Shown here one piece after another: positions 17,958 through 26,365 of a stretch of 64,000 nucleotides of DNA. Under the pieces are notes generated by a model. It saw only the letters and a program-made list of their open reading frames with translations, had not been told where the DNA came from and made no database searches. The translations under genes and the position numbers were made by a program. The stretch lies in the NCBI GenBank assembly GCA_965215195.1, contig CBDCDC010000002.1, positions 2,240,001-2,304,000 on the forward strand, in the 5' to 3' direction. The DNA is from Candidatus Latescibacterota bacterium (GTDB taxonomy: Bacteria; Latescibacterota; UBA2968; UBA8231). How positions within the stretch are numbered: position 1 is the stretch's first letter; the number at the start of each line of letters is the position of its first letter.

Positions 17958-20399
17958 CTACTCATTGCGCAGGGCATTGACGGGATTTTCACGTGCGGCG
18001 CGGACGCCTGTGTACGCCACCGTGCCCAGTGCAATCGCAAAGGCGACCGTCCCGCAGAGGAGGTAGGTCGTCAGTCCCAACCCGAACTGATACGCGTATT
18101 GCGACAGCCATTGGCCTACCGCGAAGTGGGCCAGCGGAAACGCCAGCAGGCAGGCTAAGGCGACCATTTTCGCCAAGTCGCGCGACAAGAGCGCGAGGAT
18201 CTCTGCCACCGTAGCGCCGAGCACTTTGCGGACGCCGATCTCCTTGGTGCGCCGCTGCAAGACGATGGTCGCATGGCCAAACAAGCCCATGCCGGCGATG
18301 AGAACGGCGACGACGGATGCGAGGGTAACGGTGCGGCTGATCTCTTGGTCGCTCTCGTACTGACGGGCAAAAGCCCGGTCGAGGAACTCGTACTCAAAGG
18401 GTTGTTCGGGGGCCACCTTTTCCCATAGCTGCTCCAAGCCGGCGAGGGCATCGTTCACCGTGCGCACGTTCAGCCGCACCAGGGCCCGCTCAAAGGGCAC
18501 TTCCGGCCCATAGTGGAACACCGCGGGCTTGATCGGCTCCCTAAGAGAGCGGAAGTGAAAGTCCGGGGTGACGCCGATGACGGTAGGCGTTTTGCTCACG
18601 CCGTAGGCCCCGTACTCCGGTAGGAATTCGCCAACGGCATGTTCCCCCCAGCCGAAGACTTCCGCAAGGCGCTGATTGACGACGACACTTTCCGTCCGAT
18701 CCGCCAGCCGGCCGGCCGCAAACGAGCGACCAGATGCGAGGTCAATGCCGAGGGTGGTGAAGAAGTCCGGGTCAACGGCATACACGTACACGCTCACGCG
18801 CTCCCCGTCCGGCCGTTTGATGTAATTGGTGCTAGTGGAGAGCGAAAACTCGCGATCGGCCAAGGCCACACTAACCACCCCTGGCCGGGAAAGGGCTGCC
18901 TCCTTGAAGCGTTCGCCCAGCCGCGTGGGGTCCGCACCGCGCAGCTTGACGACGACGACCTGCTCAGCCGCGTATCCCAGGTCGCGCGACTGAGCAAAGT
19001 CCAACTGCTGGCGAATCGCGATGGTGCAGAAAATTAGGAAAACCGCCATGCCGTACTGCAAGATCAAGAGCGCACTCGTCACCTTACTTTTTCGCCACGA
19101 TCCTACCCCGCGGACGACAGACGAGGGCTGCATACGCGCCACGATTAGGGCCGGATAGGTTCCCGCCGCGACGCCGATCAGCACCGCCAACAAGACGCCT
19201 CCGCCGACGATAATTGGCAGACCCAGATCCCCGAGCGACAGCCCGGACCAGTGGTCAATGCCATAATGCGCGTTAAAGGCGGGCAGCCCCAACGGCACCA
19301 AAACCAGTCCGGCGATCAGGCAGAAGAAGGCCAGCAGGACCCCCTCTCCCAAAAACTGCAGGGCGATTTGTGCCTTGTTAGCGCCGAGCGCCTTGCGGAC
19401 GCCTACTTCCGCGCTCCGGCCCATGGAACCCGCTACGGCGAGGGTCGTGAAGTTGAGGCAGGCCACGGTCAAAATGACGCCAATCAGGGCGACGAGGGCG
19501 AGGATTGAGTCGATGTCAACGGAGTTTTCATAGCCGTAATAGGTCTGGACCTGCGGGTTGAGGTAGATCGTCCGCGCGTCTTGGAGTTCGAGTTGGAAGG
19601 CATTTGGATCGTCCTTCCAGCGAACGCCCTTGTAGCGTTCCCAGAGCGGGGCGATGAACTCGCGAGAAAACTCCGGGAGCTTCGCTTCGAGTGCCTTCCG
19701 CTCGGCAAGGGGCTGAAGCGCGATGTACGTACAAGCCGTAGCGCCCCAGTAACTGGCCATGAAATACTTGTTTCGGTTCTCAAAGCGGATCGCCGCATCA
19801 AAGTCCAAGCTCCGCTTTTTCGGCAGATCGGCGAAGACGCCAGAGATGGTGTAGGCCTCGGGGCCCTCGTTGCCGTGCAAGACGATCTGTTGGCCCACGA
19901 GCGCCGGGTAAGACTCGAATTCATCTCCGAACATCCGCTCGGCCAGTCGCTTGGAAATGACGACCTGATCGAGGCCATCTAGCGCCGTGGCCGGATTGCC
20001 GGCCGCGAGGGGGTAGTGGAACATCTGCAGAAACGGGGAATCAACCTCAACCACCCCGTGTTCGAGATGGCGCTCGCCGACCGTCATCAGGATACTCGTT
20101 TTGATGACGCGCGTGGTGCTGGCGATTTCCGGGAACGTCTCCGCGAGCGCGGCTGCGAGATCCTCACGCTGGTACGCCGGGCGCTGTACGTGACCCGCAG
20201 CGCTAATCTCGCGCGTCACCACGCGGAAGAGGCGGTCATCCTCGCGGAGGTTCCAATCCGCGGTCAGAGCGCCGTGTACGCCAAGACCGAGGATGACGCT
20301 GACTGCGATGGCGACGGACAAGCCCACGATGTTGATGCTGGCTATCACTTTGTCGCGCATCAGGTTGCGGAGTGCGATTACGACGTAGTTGCGAAGCAT
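17958..20399 (-). CDS. MacB/FtsX-type ABC transporter permease (duplicated domain, ~800 aa)
   Basis: MLRNYVVIALRNL, ACLNFTTL...EVGVRKALGA, RTKEIGVRKVLGA, NPVNALRNE. Confidence 0.92.
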   Translation of the reverse strand: MLRNYVVIALRNLMRDKVIASINIVGLSVAIAVSVILGLGVHGALTADWNLREDDRLFRVVTREISAAGHVQRPAYQREDLAAALAETFPEIASTTRVIKTSILMTVGERHLEHGVVEVDSPFLQMFHYPLAAGNPATALDGLDQVVISKRLAERMFGDEFESYPALVGQQIVLHGNEGPEAYTISGVFADLPKKRSLDFDAAIRFENRNKYFMASYWGATACTYIALQPLAERKALEAKLPEFSREFIAPLWERYKGVRWKDDPNAFQLELQDARTIYLNPQVQTYYGYENSVDIDSILALVALIGVILTVACLNFTTLAVAGSMGRSAEVGVRKALGANKAQIALQFLGEGVLLAFFCLIAGLVLVPLGLPAFNAHYGIDHWSGLSLGDLGLPIIVGGGVLLAVLIGVAAGTYPALIVARMQPSSVVRGVGSWRKSKVTSALLILQYGMAVFLIFCTIAIRQQLDFAQSRDLGYAAEQVVVVKLRGADPTRLGERFKEAALSRPGVVSVALADREFSLSTSTNYIKRPDGERVSVYVYAVDPDFFTTLGIDLASGRSFAAGRLADRTESVVVNQRLAEVFGWGEHAVGEFLPEYGAYGVSKTPTVIGVTPDFHFRSLREPIKPAVFHYGPEVPFERALVRLNVRTVNDALAGLEQLWEKVAPEQPFEYEFLDRAFARQYESDQEISRTVTLASVVAVLIAGMGLFGHATIVLQRRTKEIGVRKVLGATVAEILALLSRDLAKMVALACLLAFPLAHFAVGQWLSQYAYQFGLGLTTYLLCGTVAFAIALGTVAYTGVRAARENPVNALRNE

Positions 20400-20425
20400 C
20401 TTGAATCTCCTTCATACCTATGCCC

Positions 20426-22261
20426 CTATCTCACTTTCTCGATAACGATCTCGCCCGCCTCGCTTTTGAGCATAAAATCCGCCGTTAGTGCCTCCGGGCC
20501 GCTATGCGCATTCGATAGCACCATTACCTCGGAGTTGTTCGCTATGAGGAGAGGCTTTTCCGCATCCTTACCTTTGAAGGCAGTAGCCTGGATCCGTCCG
20601 CACAGCGTGAACGCCGTCAGGTGTACCTTGTCCAGCAATGCCTCTTTGAGCGAGAGGCGGATATCGCCAGCGCACGACTCCAGTTCGATGCGGCTGTCCG
20701 CGGTGAGTTGATCCTGATGTAGCTGCGTTTGGCCAAAGCGGTTGTAGATCCGCACCCGGCCCGCCAGCCGCGTAGCCTCGATATCCACGCCACCCACCTC
20801 AATATCCACGCCGCCACGAATATCCTCCAGACGACAATCTTCAGCCGCATGCCGCATGCCGCTCTCCCAGTTCACGCCGAGGTATCGGTAGTAGCGCTGG
20901 TAGAGTTTGCCGCGGACATTGCGTACTGTCTCCAGCATGCTGTCAAAGAGTTCTACATCGCCCTCGATATCGGCCACCTCCTCGCAGGTCGATTCGATAA
21001 AATCGATGGAGCCCTGCAAATCGTAAGCGCGAACCTGCTTCCCTTTGATGACGGTCACGCGTTTGCCGCTGGGCACCAGCAACACCAAGTTGGCGGAGCC
21101 CACCGGTCCATGGACACTTTCGGACGTCGACCTGTTGGGGCGAAAGACCTTTTGGACTTCCGCAGTAAGGGTCGAGGGCGGCAGGAATATGTCTTCGAGT
21201 TTTTCGCGATAGACCGTTATCCGTGTGGCCCGTCTCAGCTCCGTACGCATAGCAGTCGGCATATTGCCGACGTAGGCCTGCATCTGGGGAAAGGCATCCG
21301 TCGTCTTAACGCCGTTTGTCACGCCCCACGGATGAGGGCCTTCCTCCACGTAGGCTCGCCACACTTGTTCGCTACCCAGCGACACGGCCTCGGTTTGGCC
21401 GTTCTGTTCGTAGGTTCCCATAAACACCTCGCCCTCATGCGGACCGCTCTCGAGGAAATTGTCCACTTGGTCAGCCCCAATCTCGATCCCTTCGACGCTC
21501 TGACGGGCGTTTTCCAGCGTCAACCCGATCGCGCTGAGCGTCCCTTCGAGCACGGCGGCGGCGCCCGTGGCCGGGCGAATCTCGAGCTCCACGTCAAGGG
21601 CGCAGTAGAAGACGATATGCTCGGTGTCCTCCAGCGGGATCGTCTCCCGCACCTGTCGGGTGGCGATCTGGCACACCACCTCCTGAACCTGTTCAGTCAC
21701 GTTGATTGGCTTCATGGCAATCTCCTCGTGTTCGTCCAATAGCTGGCGCAGGCGGATGCGCCCTTGTTGCAGGCGGCCACACACCGTACTAAGGGGGATT
21801 TCCATCAACTCGGCGATTTCCCGATAGGACATGCCGCTCAGGTAGTACATCAGCACGGCCGAGCGGTAATGGTCGGGCAACTGATCAATGGCCTCCTGCA
21901 AATCTAGCCGCCGCATCTGGTCGGCGTGCTCTACCATCGCCACATTCTCCATAGCCGTCTCCGCTGACTCCAACGGCTGCGTCTGTGTCCGACTGCGATC
22001 GCGCAGCCAGTCCTTGCAGTGATTGGCTACGATGCGCATCAACCATCTCCCGAAGTGCTCCCTATCGCGCAGTTGCCCCAAGCGGCAATACGCCGCCACA
22101 AAGGCATCCTGCACGATGTCCTGAGCATCAAACCGTGAGCGCACGTAGCCCAGTGCCGTGGCAAAGGCCGCGTTCTGGTAGTGTCGGACGAGCGGCTCAA
22201 AGGCTTGCGCGTTTCCCGCCAAGCAGTGCTCGACGAAGTTTTCGGAATGGAAGTCGTCCAT
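20426..22261 (-). CDS. ECF sigma factor with ~430 aa C-terminal extension
   Basis: AFEPLVRHYQ, DAQDIVQDAF, FGRWLMRIVANHC (region 2); LPDHYRSAV...SYREIAELMEIPLSTVCGRL (region 4); glycine-rich beta-repeat C-terminus resembling DUF4097. Confidence 0.85.
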   Translation of the reverse strand: MDDFHSENFVEHCLAGNAQAFEPLVRHYQNAAFATALGYVRSRFDAQDIVQDAFVAAYCRLGQLRDREHFGRWLMRIVANHCKDWLRDRSRTQTQPLESAETAMENVAMVEHADQMRRLDLQEAIDQLPDHYRSAVLMYYLSGMSYREIAELMEIPLSTVCGRLQQGRIRLRQLLDEHEEIAMKPINVTEQVQEVVCQIATRQVRETIPLEDTEHIVFYCALDVELEIRPATGAAAVLEGTLSAIGLTLENARQSVEGIEIGADQVDNFLESGPHEGEVFMGTYEQNGQTEAVSLGSEQVWRAYVEEGPHPWGVTNGVKTTDAFPQMQAYVGNMPTAMRTELRRATRITVYREKLEDIFLPPSTLTAEVQKVFRPNRSTSESVHGPVGSANLVLLVPSGKRVTVIKGKQVRAYDLQGSIDFIESTCEEVADIEGDVELFDSMLETVRNVRGKLYQRYYRYLGVNWESGMRHAAEDCRLEDIRGGVDIEVGGVDIEATRLAGRVRIYNRFGQTQLHQDQLTADSRIELESCAGDIRLSLKEALLDKVHLTAFTLCGRIQATAFKGKDAEKPLLIANNSEVMVLSNAHSGPEALTADFMLKSEAGEIVIEKVR

Positions 22262-22443
22262 AGGTATTCAACCCTTCTATAAATAAAGACGTCCAGCGGA
22301 GGCAAAATTAAAAAAGCCCAGACACTTTTTTTAACGCGAGTTAGGGATAAACCATCTCTCCGGGCCCCGACCTGAGACTTCGGCGAGGCTTCGACGTTGA
22401 ACTCAGCCGAAGGGCGGGAATCCAAACGGAGGCGGTTGCCGAT

Positions 22444-22546
22444 CTAAGTACACGACACCCATAACTTGTCGTTGATGGCGATGAGTCCGGGAGCGAGGGC
22501 AAGATGCCCTCGATCCGAAGGTAAAGCCCTACTGTCGTGTACTTAG
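22444..22546. mobile_element. MITE, copy 2
   Basis: Perfect 14-bp TIR CTAAGTACACGACA/TGTCGTGTACTTAG; flanks GTTGCCGAT (22435-22443) and GTTGCTGAT (22547-22555) match 8/9; internal GAGGGCA-AGA-TGCCCTC hairpin. Confidence 0.85.
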
Positions 22547-22558
22547 GTTGCTGATTAA

Positions 22559-22720
22559 ATTTATTCATTGCGGCCCTGCTTATCGGACCCAAAGGACGAT
22601 CCTATTTTGGAGCTGGCGGTAGCTTCTGAGAAGGCCATTATCGCAACGCACAATGTCAAAGCGACCGCGTTTGGTGTCCGCGTCCTCACCCCGAGTCAGT
22701 TGTTGGAGGAAATAAGATGA
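22559..22720 (+). pseudogene. C-terminal remnant of PIN-family toxin
   Basis: IYSLRPCLSDPKDDPILELAVASEKAIIATHNVK..FGVRVLTPSQLLEEIR*, ATGA overlap with antitoxin; N-terminus missing next to the MITE. Confidence 0.7.
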
Positions 22721-22962
22721 GCGCCTTAAACTTGCGTTTACCAGACTCAATTCATCGTCACATCAAAGAGATCGCTAAACGCGAAGGGGTATCTATCAAC
22801 CAGTTCATATCCACGGCGGTTTCTGAGAAAGTCTCGGCTATTTTGACTGAAGAGTATTTGTTGGGTAGAGCGCGTAGAGCAAAGAAAGGGGCCTTGAGAA
22901 GCATACTGGATAAAGTCCCGGACCGGGCTCCCCTGCCAGAAGATACACTCATAGCTGCATGA
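22717..22962 (+). CDS. Ribbon-helix-helix (HicB-like) antitoxin
   Basis: MSALNLRLPDSIHRHIKEIAKREGVSINQFI; SD GGAGG. Confidence 0.82.
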   Translation: MSALNLRLPDSIHRHIKEIAKREGVSINQFISTAVSEKVSAILTEEYLLGRARRAKKGALRSILDKVPDRAPLPEDTLIAA

Positions 22963-22972
22963 CGACTGCCTT

Positions 22973-23179
22973 CTAAGGCCCGCACCGGCGCGATCCGGGC
23001 GAGGCAAAAGGCGGCTCGCCGTGCTTGTGAAAGCGGTCGGTCTCCAGTTGGCCGAGAACCCAGATGGCCATGAGCATACAGCCCGCCAGCCCAACCGCTA
23101 GGCCGCCGACGTTGATCAGCGCGTAGAGCCGGTGGCGGGTTAGATGGCGGGCGGCGATGTGCAGATAGCTCTTGAACAT
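22973..23179 (-). pseudogene. Truncated MacB/FtsX-type permease (N-terminal ~55 aa only)
   Basis: MFKSYLHIAARHLTRHRLYALINVGGLAVG...DRFHKHGE matches the starts of neighbouring permeases, then breaks off. Confidence 0.8.
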
Positions 23180-23218
23180 GGTTAGTACCTTCCTTCTTGC
23201 GCTAAATCGGTGCGATTT

Positions 23219-23336
23219 GTAGGGGATAACGATCGTTATTCCCTACTCGCTGTGCAGCGAGTGGAGCGTTTTTCGAGGGCGAGACGCCCTCGTTCCAAGC
23301 TAACGATCGTTATCCCCTACTCGCTGTGCAGCGAGT
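23219..23336. repeat. GTAG-type REP palindrome, second hairpin and 36-bp direct duplication
   Basis: GTAGGGGATAACGATCGTTATTCCCTAC; TAACGATCGTTAT(T/C)CCCTACTCGCTGTGCAGCGAGT at 23227-23262 and 23301-23336 flanking GAGGGCGAGACGCCCTC. Confidence 0.75.
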
Positions 23337-25668
23337 CCACTGGATTCGCCCGCGCCGCTCGAATCGCGTGGTATCCCGACACCAGCCAAGTCAGGCCCAA
23401 GGCGATCAGGCCGCCGGCCGAGTAGCTGAGCAAATCGAGTTCAATGCGGTTCACTTCGCTGCGGAGTAACAGTTCCGAGAGCCGGTAGGTGAGGGGCATG
23501 GCGATGACCACGGCGATCAGTACAAGCCGCGTGGACTGGGACGACAGCAGCACGGCCACACTCGCCGTCGAGGCCCCGAGGATCTTGCGCACGGCCACCT
23601 CCTTGGTGCGTCGGCTGATGGCGAGGGAGGCCATGCCGAAGACGCCGAGACAGGCGATCAGGGCCATGAACCCAGCCAGCCAGCGCAGCAGACTAGTGAG
23701 CCTAGAGTGAAAAAAGAAGCGCTCGGCAATATGGTCGTCGAGAAAGCGATAGCTGAAGGGCACCCCGGGCGACAGCCGGTCCCAAGCCGCGCGCAGTTCG
23801 GCGAGGGTCTCGGACACCCCCTCGGGCCGCACCCGCACCAGCACCGTCTCAATGGCACGATCCGGTCGGACACTGAGCACGAGTTCCGGTACGAAGTCGT
23901 TGGGATCATCGTGCTGGAAATCGGAGACCACGCCAATAATCCGCGGGCGGTGCATGCCTTCGAGGTGGGTGCCGACGACCGGTCCCTCCAGCTTGGCCGC
24001 TAGCTGCTGGTTGATGAGTGCTACGCGACCGCTGGCCAGCAGGTCCGGGGGGAAGTCCCCACCCGCGACCAGCTTTAGGCCGAGAGTGTGCAGGAAGTAC
24101 GGAGCCACCTCGATCTCCGCGGCATCTGGTCGCTTCCGGTGGTCGAAGCGAAAGTCACTGGATCTATGGGGGAACTGACTGGAGCCGGACACGGCGAGCA
24201 CACCCGAAAGTGGGAGCACCTCCCGGCGGAAAATCTCGAGAAAGTGCTGCGACTCATGTACGCCGTCTTTGGGCGAGTAGCCCGCAAACGTCGGGATGCA
24301 GACCACGAGCCGCGGGTCGTAGCCTTGGTCCAGAGACGCCCAGTGATCGACCTGCCGGCCCACGACGAGGGCCGTGGTCAAAAACACCGTGGCGGCCACA
24401 AACTGCACAACAACTAAGATGCGGCCGGCACGGCCTCGCACCTCAAGCCTGTCCTGCATAATCTCGACCGGCTGCATCCGCGACTGCACCAGCGCTGGGT
24501 ACGCACCCGCCACGAGCCCCATGACCACGCCGAACCCAGCTAGGGCCATCACCGTCCACGGGGTGTACTGTAGGTCGAGGCGCAGTTCAAACTCTCCGGG
24601 CACCGTCAGCAGACGGTTCAGACCCGGCAGCAAGGTCTCCGTCAGCAGCACGGCAAGCGCCAAGGCGGAGAAGCTGAGCAGAAGGGACTCGGCGAAGTAC
24701 TGGCGCATTAGCTGTCCCCGTCCGGCACCGACCACCTTGCGCACACCCACTTCGTACGCCCTAGTCAGCGACATGCCCGCGGCCAAGTTGGCGTAGTTTA
24801 TGCACGCCAGCAGCAGCACGAGGAAGGCGATGAATCCGACATTGTAGAGCATCGACCTCGCCCCCCTCCCCCCGCTGAGTTGGGGGTGCAGCCGCTTGTC
24901 GAACAGCGGCACGATAACGAGCCTATTGCCCTCCGGCACCTCCATGTACCGGGCCAGATCAAAGGCCAAGGCCGACTCCACGCCCGCGGCATCGGCGATC
25001 TGTAGGTAGGTCTCGCCTGGGCCGGCCCTGAAGTCGCTGGCATCCGCAGTCTGGATTTCCCGGTGGACGAAGGGAATCACCCAGTCGAACCCTAGGCTGG
25101 ACTCGTACGGCGCGTTCTCGGCGACCCCGGTGACGACGAAGTCCCCGCTGATAGCGCGGCCCCCCAGCAGCAAGGTCTGGCCCATGGGGTCGTCCGAGCC
25201 GAACAGCCGCTGCGCCAGCCGCCTCGATAGCACGATCGAGTTCGGCTCGTCGAGGGCCGTGCCCGGATCGCCCGCGATCAGCGGGAAGCTGAACAGCTCG
25301 AAAAATCCGGGGTCGGCGGACAGTCCTGTCGCCGCGGTCTCTTGCCCCCCGTAGCTCAGCAGTCCAGACTCATCTTCCGTACGCACCGAGTGCAGCACAG
25401 CGGGGAGTGTGGCCACCATCGCCGGGCCGAGGCCTCCCGGCACACTCGTCTGGGCCCTTTCCCCCCATTCGGCCGACCATATCATGCAGACTTGATAGAT
25501 CTGCTCGCCCTTGGCGTGGAAGCGGTCCCACGTCAGCAGGCTATGTACGTACAGGCCGACGAAGATGGTCACCGCGAAGGCTGCGGCCAGCCCACACACG
25601 TTGATGGCGGTGTACATCCGGTAGCGGCGCAGATTGCGCCAAGCGATGATCAGGTTGTTGCGAAGCAT
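23317..25668 (-). CDS. MacB/FtsX-type ABC transporter permease
   Basis: MLRNNLIIAWRNL, ACINYANL..EVGVRKVVGA, RTKEVAVRKILGA, NPVDSLHSE. Confidence 0.92.
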   Translation of the reverse strand: MLRNNLIIAWRNLRRYRMYTAINVCGLAAAFAVTIFVGLYVHSLLTWDRFHAKGEQIYQVCMIWSAEWGERAQTSVPGGLGPAMVATLPAVLHSVRTEDESGLLSYGGQETAATGLSADPGFFELFSFPLIAGDPGTALDEPNSIVLSRRLAQRLFGSDDPMGQTLLLGGRAISGDFVVTGVAENAPYESSLGFDWVIPFVHREIQTADASDFRAGPGETYLQIADAAGVESALAFDLARYMEVPEGNRLVIVPLFDKRLHPQLSGGRGARSMLYNVGFIAFLVLLLACINYANLAAGMSLTRAYEVGVRKVVGAGRGQLMRQYFAESLLLSFSALALAVLLTETLLPGLNRLLTVPGEFELRLDLQYTPWTVMALAGFGVVMGLVAGAYPALVQSRMQPVEIMQDRLEVRGRAGRILVVVQFVAATVFLTTALVVGRQVDHWASLDQGYDPRLVVCIPTFAGYSPKDGVHESQHFLEIFRREVLPLSGVLAVSGSSQFPHRSSDFRFDHRKRPDAAEIEVAPYFLHTLGLKLVAGGDFPPDLLASGRVALINQQLAAKLEGPVVGTHLEGMHRPRIIGVVSDFQHDDPNDFVPELVLSVRPDRAIETVLVRVRPEGVSETLAELRAAWDRLSPGVPFSYRFLDDHIAERFFFHSRLTSLLRWLAGFMALIACLGVFGMASLAISRRTKEVAVRKILGASTASVAVLLSSQSTRLVLIAVVIAMPLTYRLSELLLRSEVNRIELDLLSYSAGGLIALGLTWLVSGYHAIRAARANPVDSLHSE

Positions 25669-25670
25669 GG

Positions 25671-26345
25671 TTAGTACCTCCGTTCCTGCTCTATCTTGCC
25701 GTCCAACAGATGCACCACTCGGCTGCCGTAGCCAGCGTTCTTCTCCGAGTGCGTCACCTGCACAATCGTCGTGCCCTCGTCGTTTAGCTCTCGCAGCATG
25801 GCCATCACCTCTTCCCCCTGCTTGGAGTTGAGGTTGCCCGTAGGCTCGTCGGCGAGAATGAGCGTTGGCTGGCCGATTAGGGCGCGCGCCACGCCCACGC
25901 GCTGCTGCTCGCCGCCGGAAAGCTGGTGCGGGAACAGGTCCTTTTTGGCCACCATCTGGAAGCGGTCGAGCAACTCGCTCACCCGCCCCTTGCGCTCGGC
26001 ACCTTTTACCTTTTGGTAGAGCAGTGGCATCTCCAGGTTTTCGTACACCGTCTGCTCGTCGATCAGGTGATAGGCTTGAAAGACGAAACCAATGTGCTGC
26101 CGATGCACTTCCGTGCGCTCCTTCTCCCCCATCCCGCTGACCTCTTCGCCGAGAAACCGATACGAGCCGGCCGTCGGCTCATCGAGCATCCCCATGATGT
26201 GCAGCAGCGTCGATTTGCCCGCGCCGCTCGGCCCCATAATCGACACGAACTCGCCCTCGGCGACGTTCAGGCTTACGTACCGCAGCACGTAGGTCTTGCG
26301 GGGACCGGATTGATAGTACCTCTCGATGTCGTGCATTTCGATCAT
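25671..26345 (-). CDS. ABC transporter ATP-binding protein (LolD/MacB type)
   Basis: [26 protein letters not shown]. Confidence 0.95.
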   Translation of the reverse strand: MIEMHDIERYYQSGPRKTYVLRYVSLNVAEGEFVSIMGPSGAGKSTLLHIMGMLDEPTAGSYRFLGEEVSGMGEKERTEVHRQHIGFVFQAYHLIDEQTVYENLEMPLLYQKVKGAERKGRVSELLDRFQMVAKKDLFPHQLSGGEQQRVGVARALIGQPTLILADEPTGNLNSKQGEEVMAMLRELNDEGTTIVQVTHSEKNAGYGSRVVHLLDGKIEQERRY

Positions 26346-26365
26346 GATGTGCCTCCGCGTCTTGG

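Noticed and set aside
20729-21742. 337 aa plus-strand ORF
   Set aside because: Antisense shadow of the ECF sigma factor gene with no recognisable motifs; same reasoning for 26795-27844 and 45263-46087.
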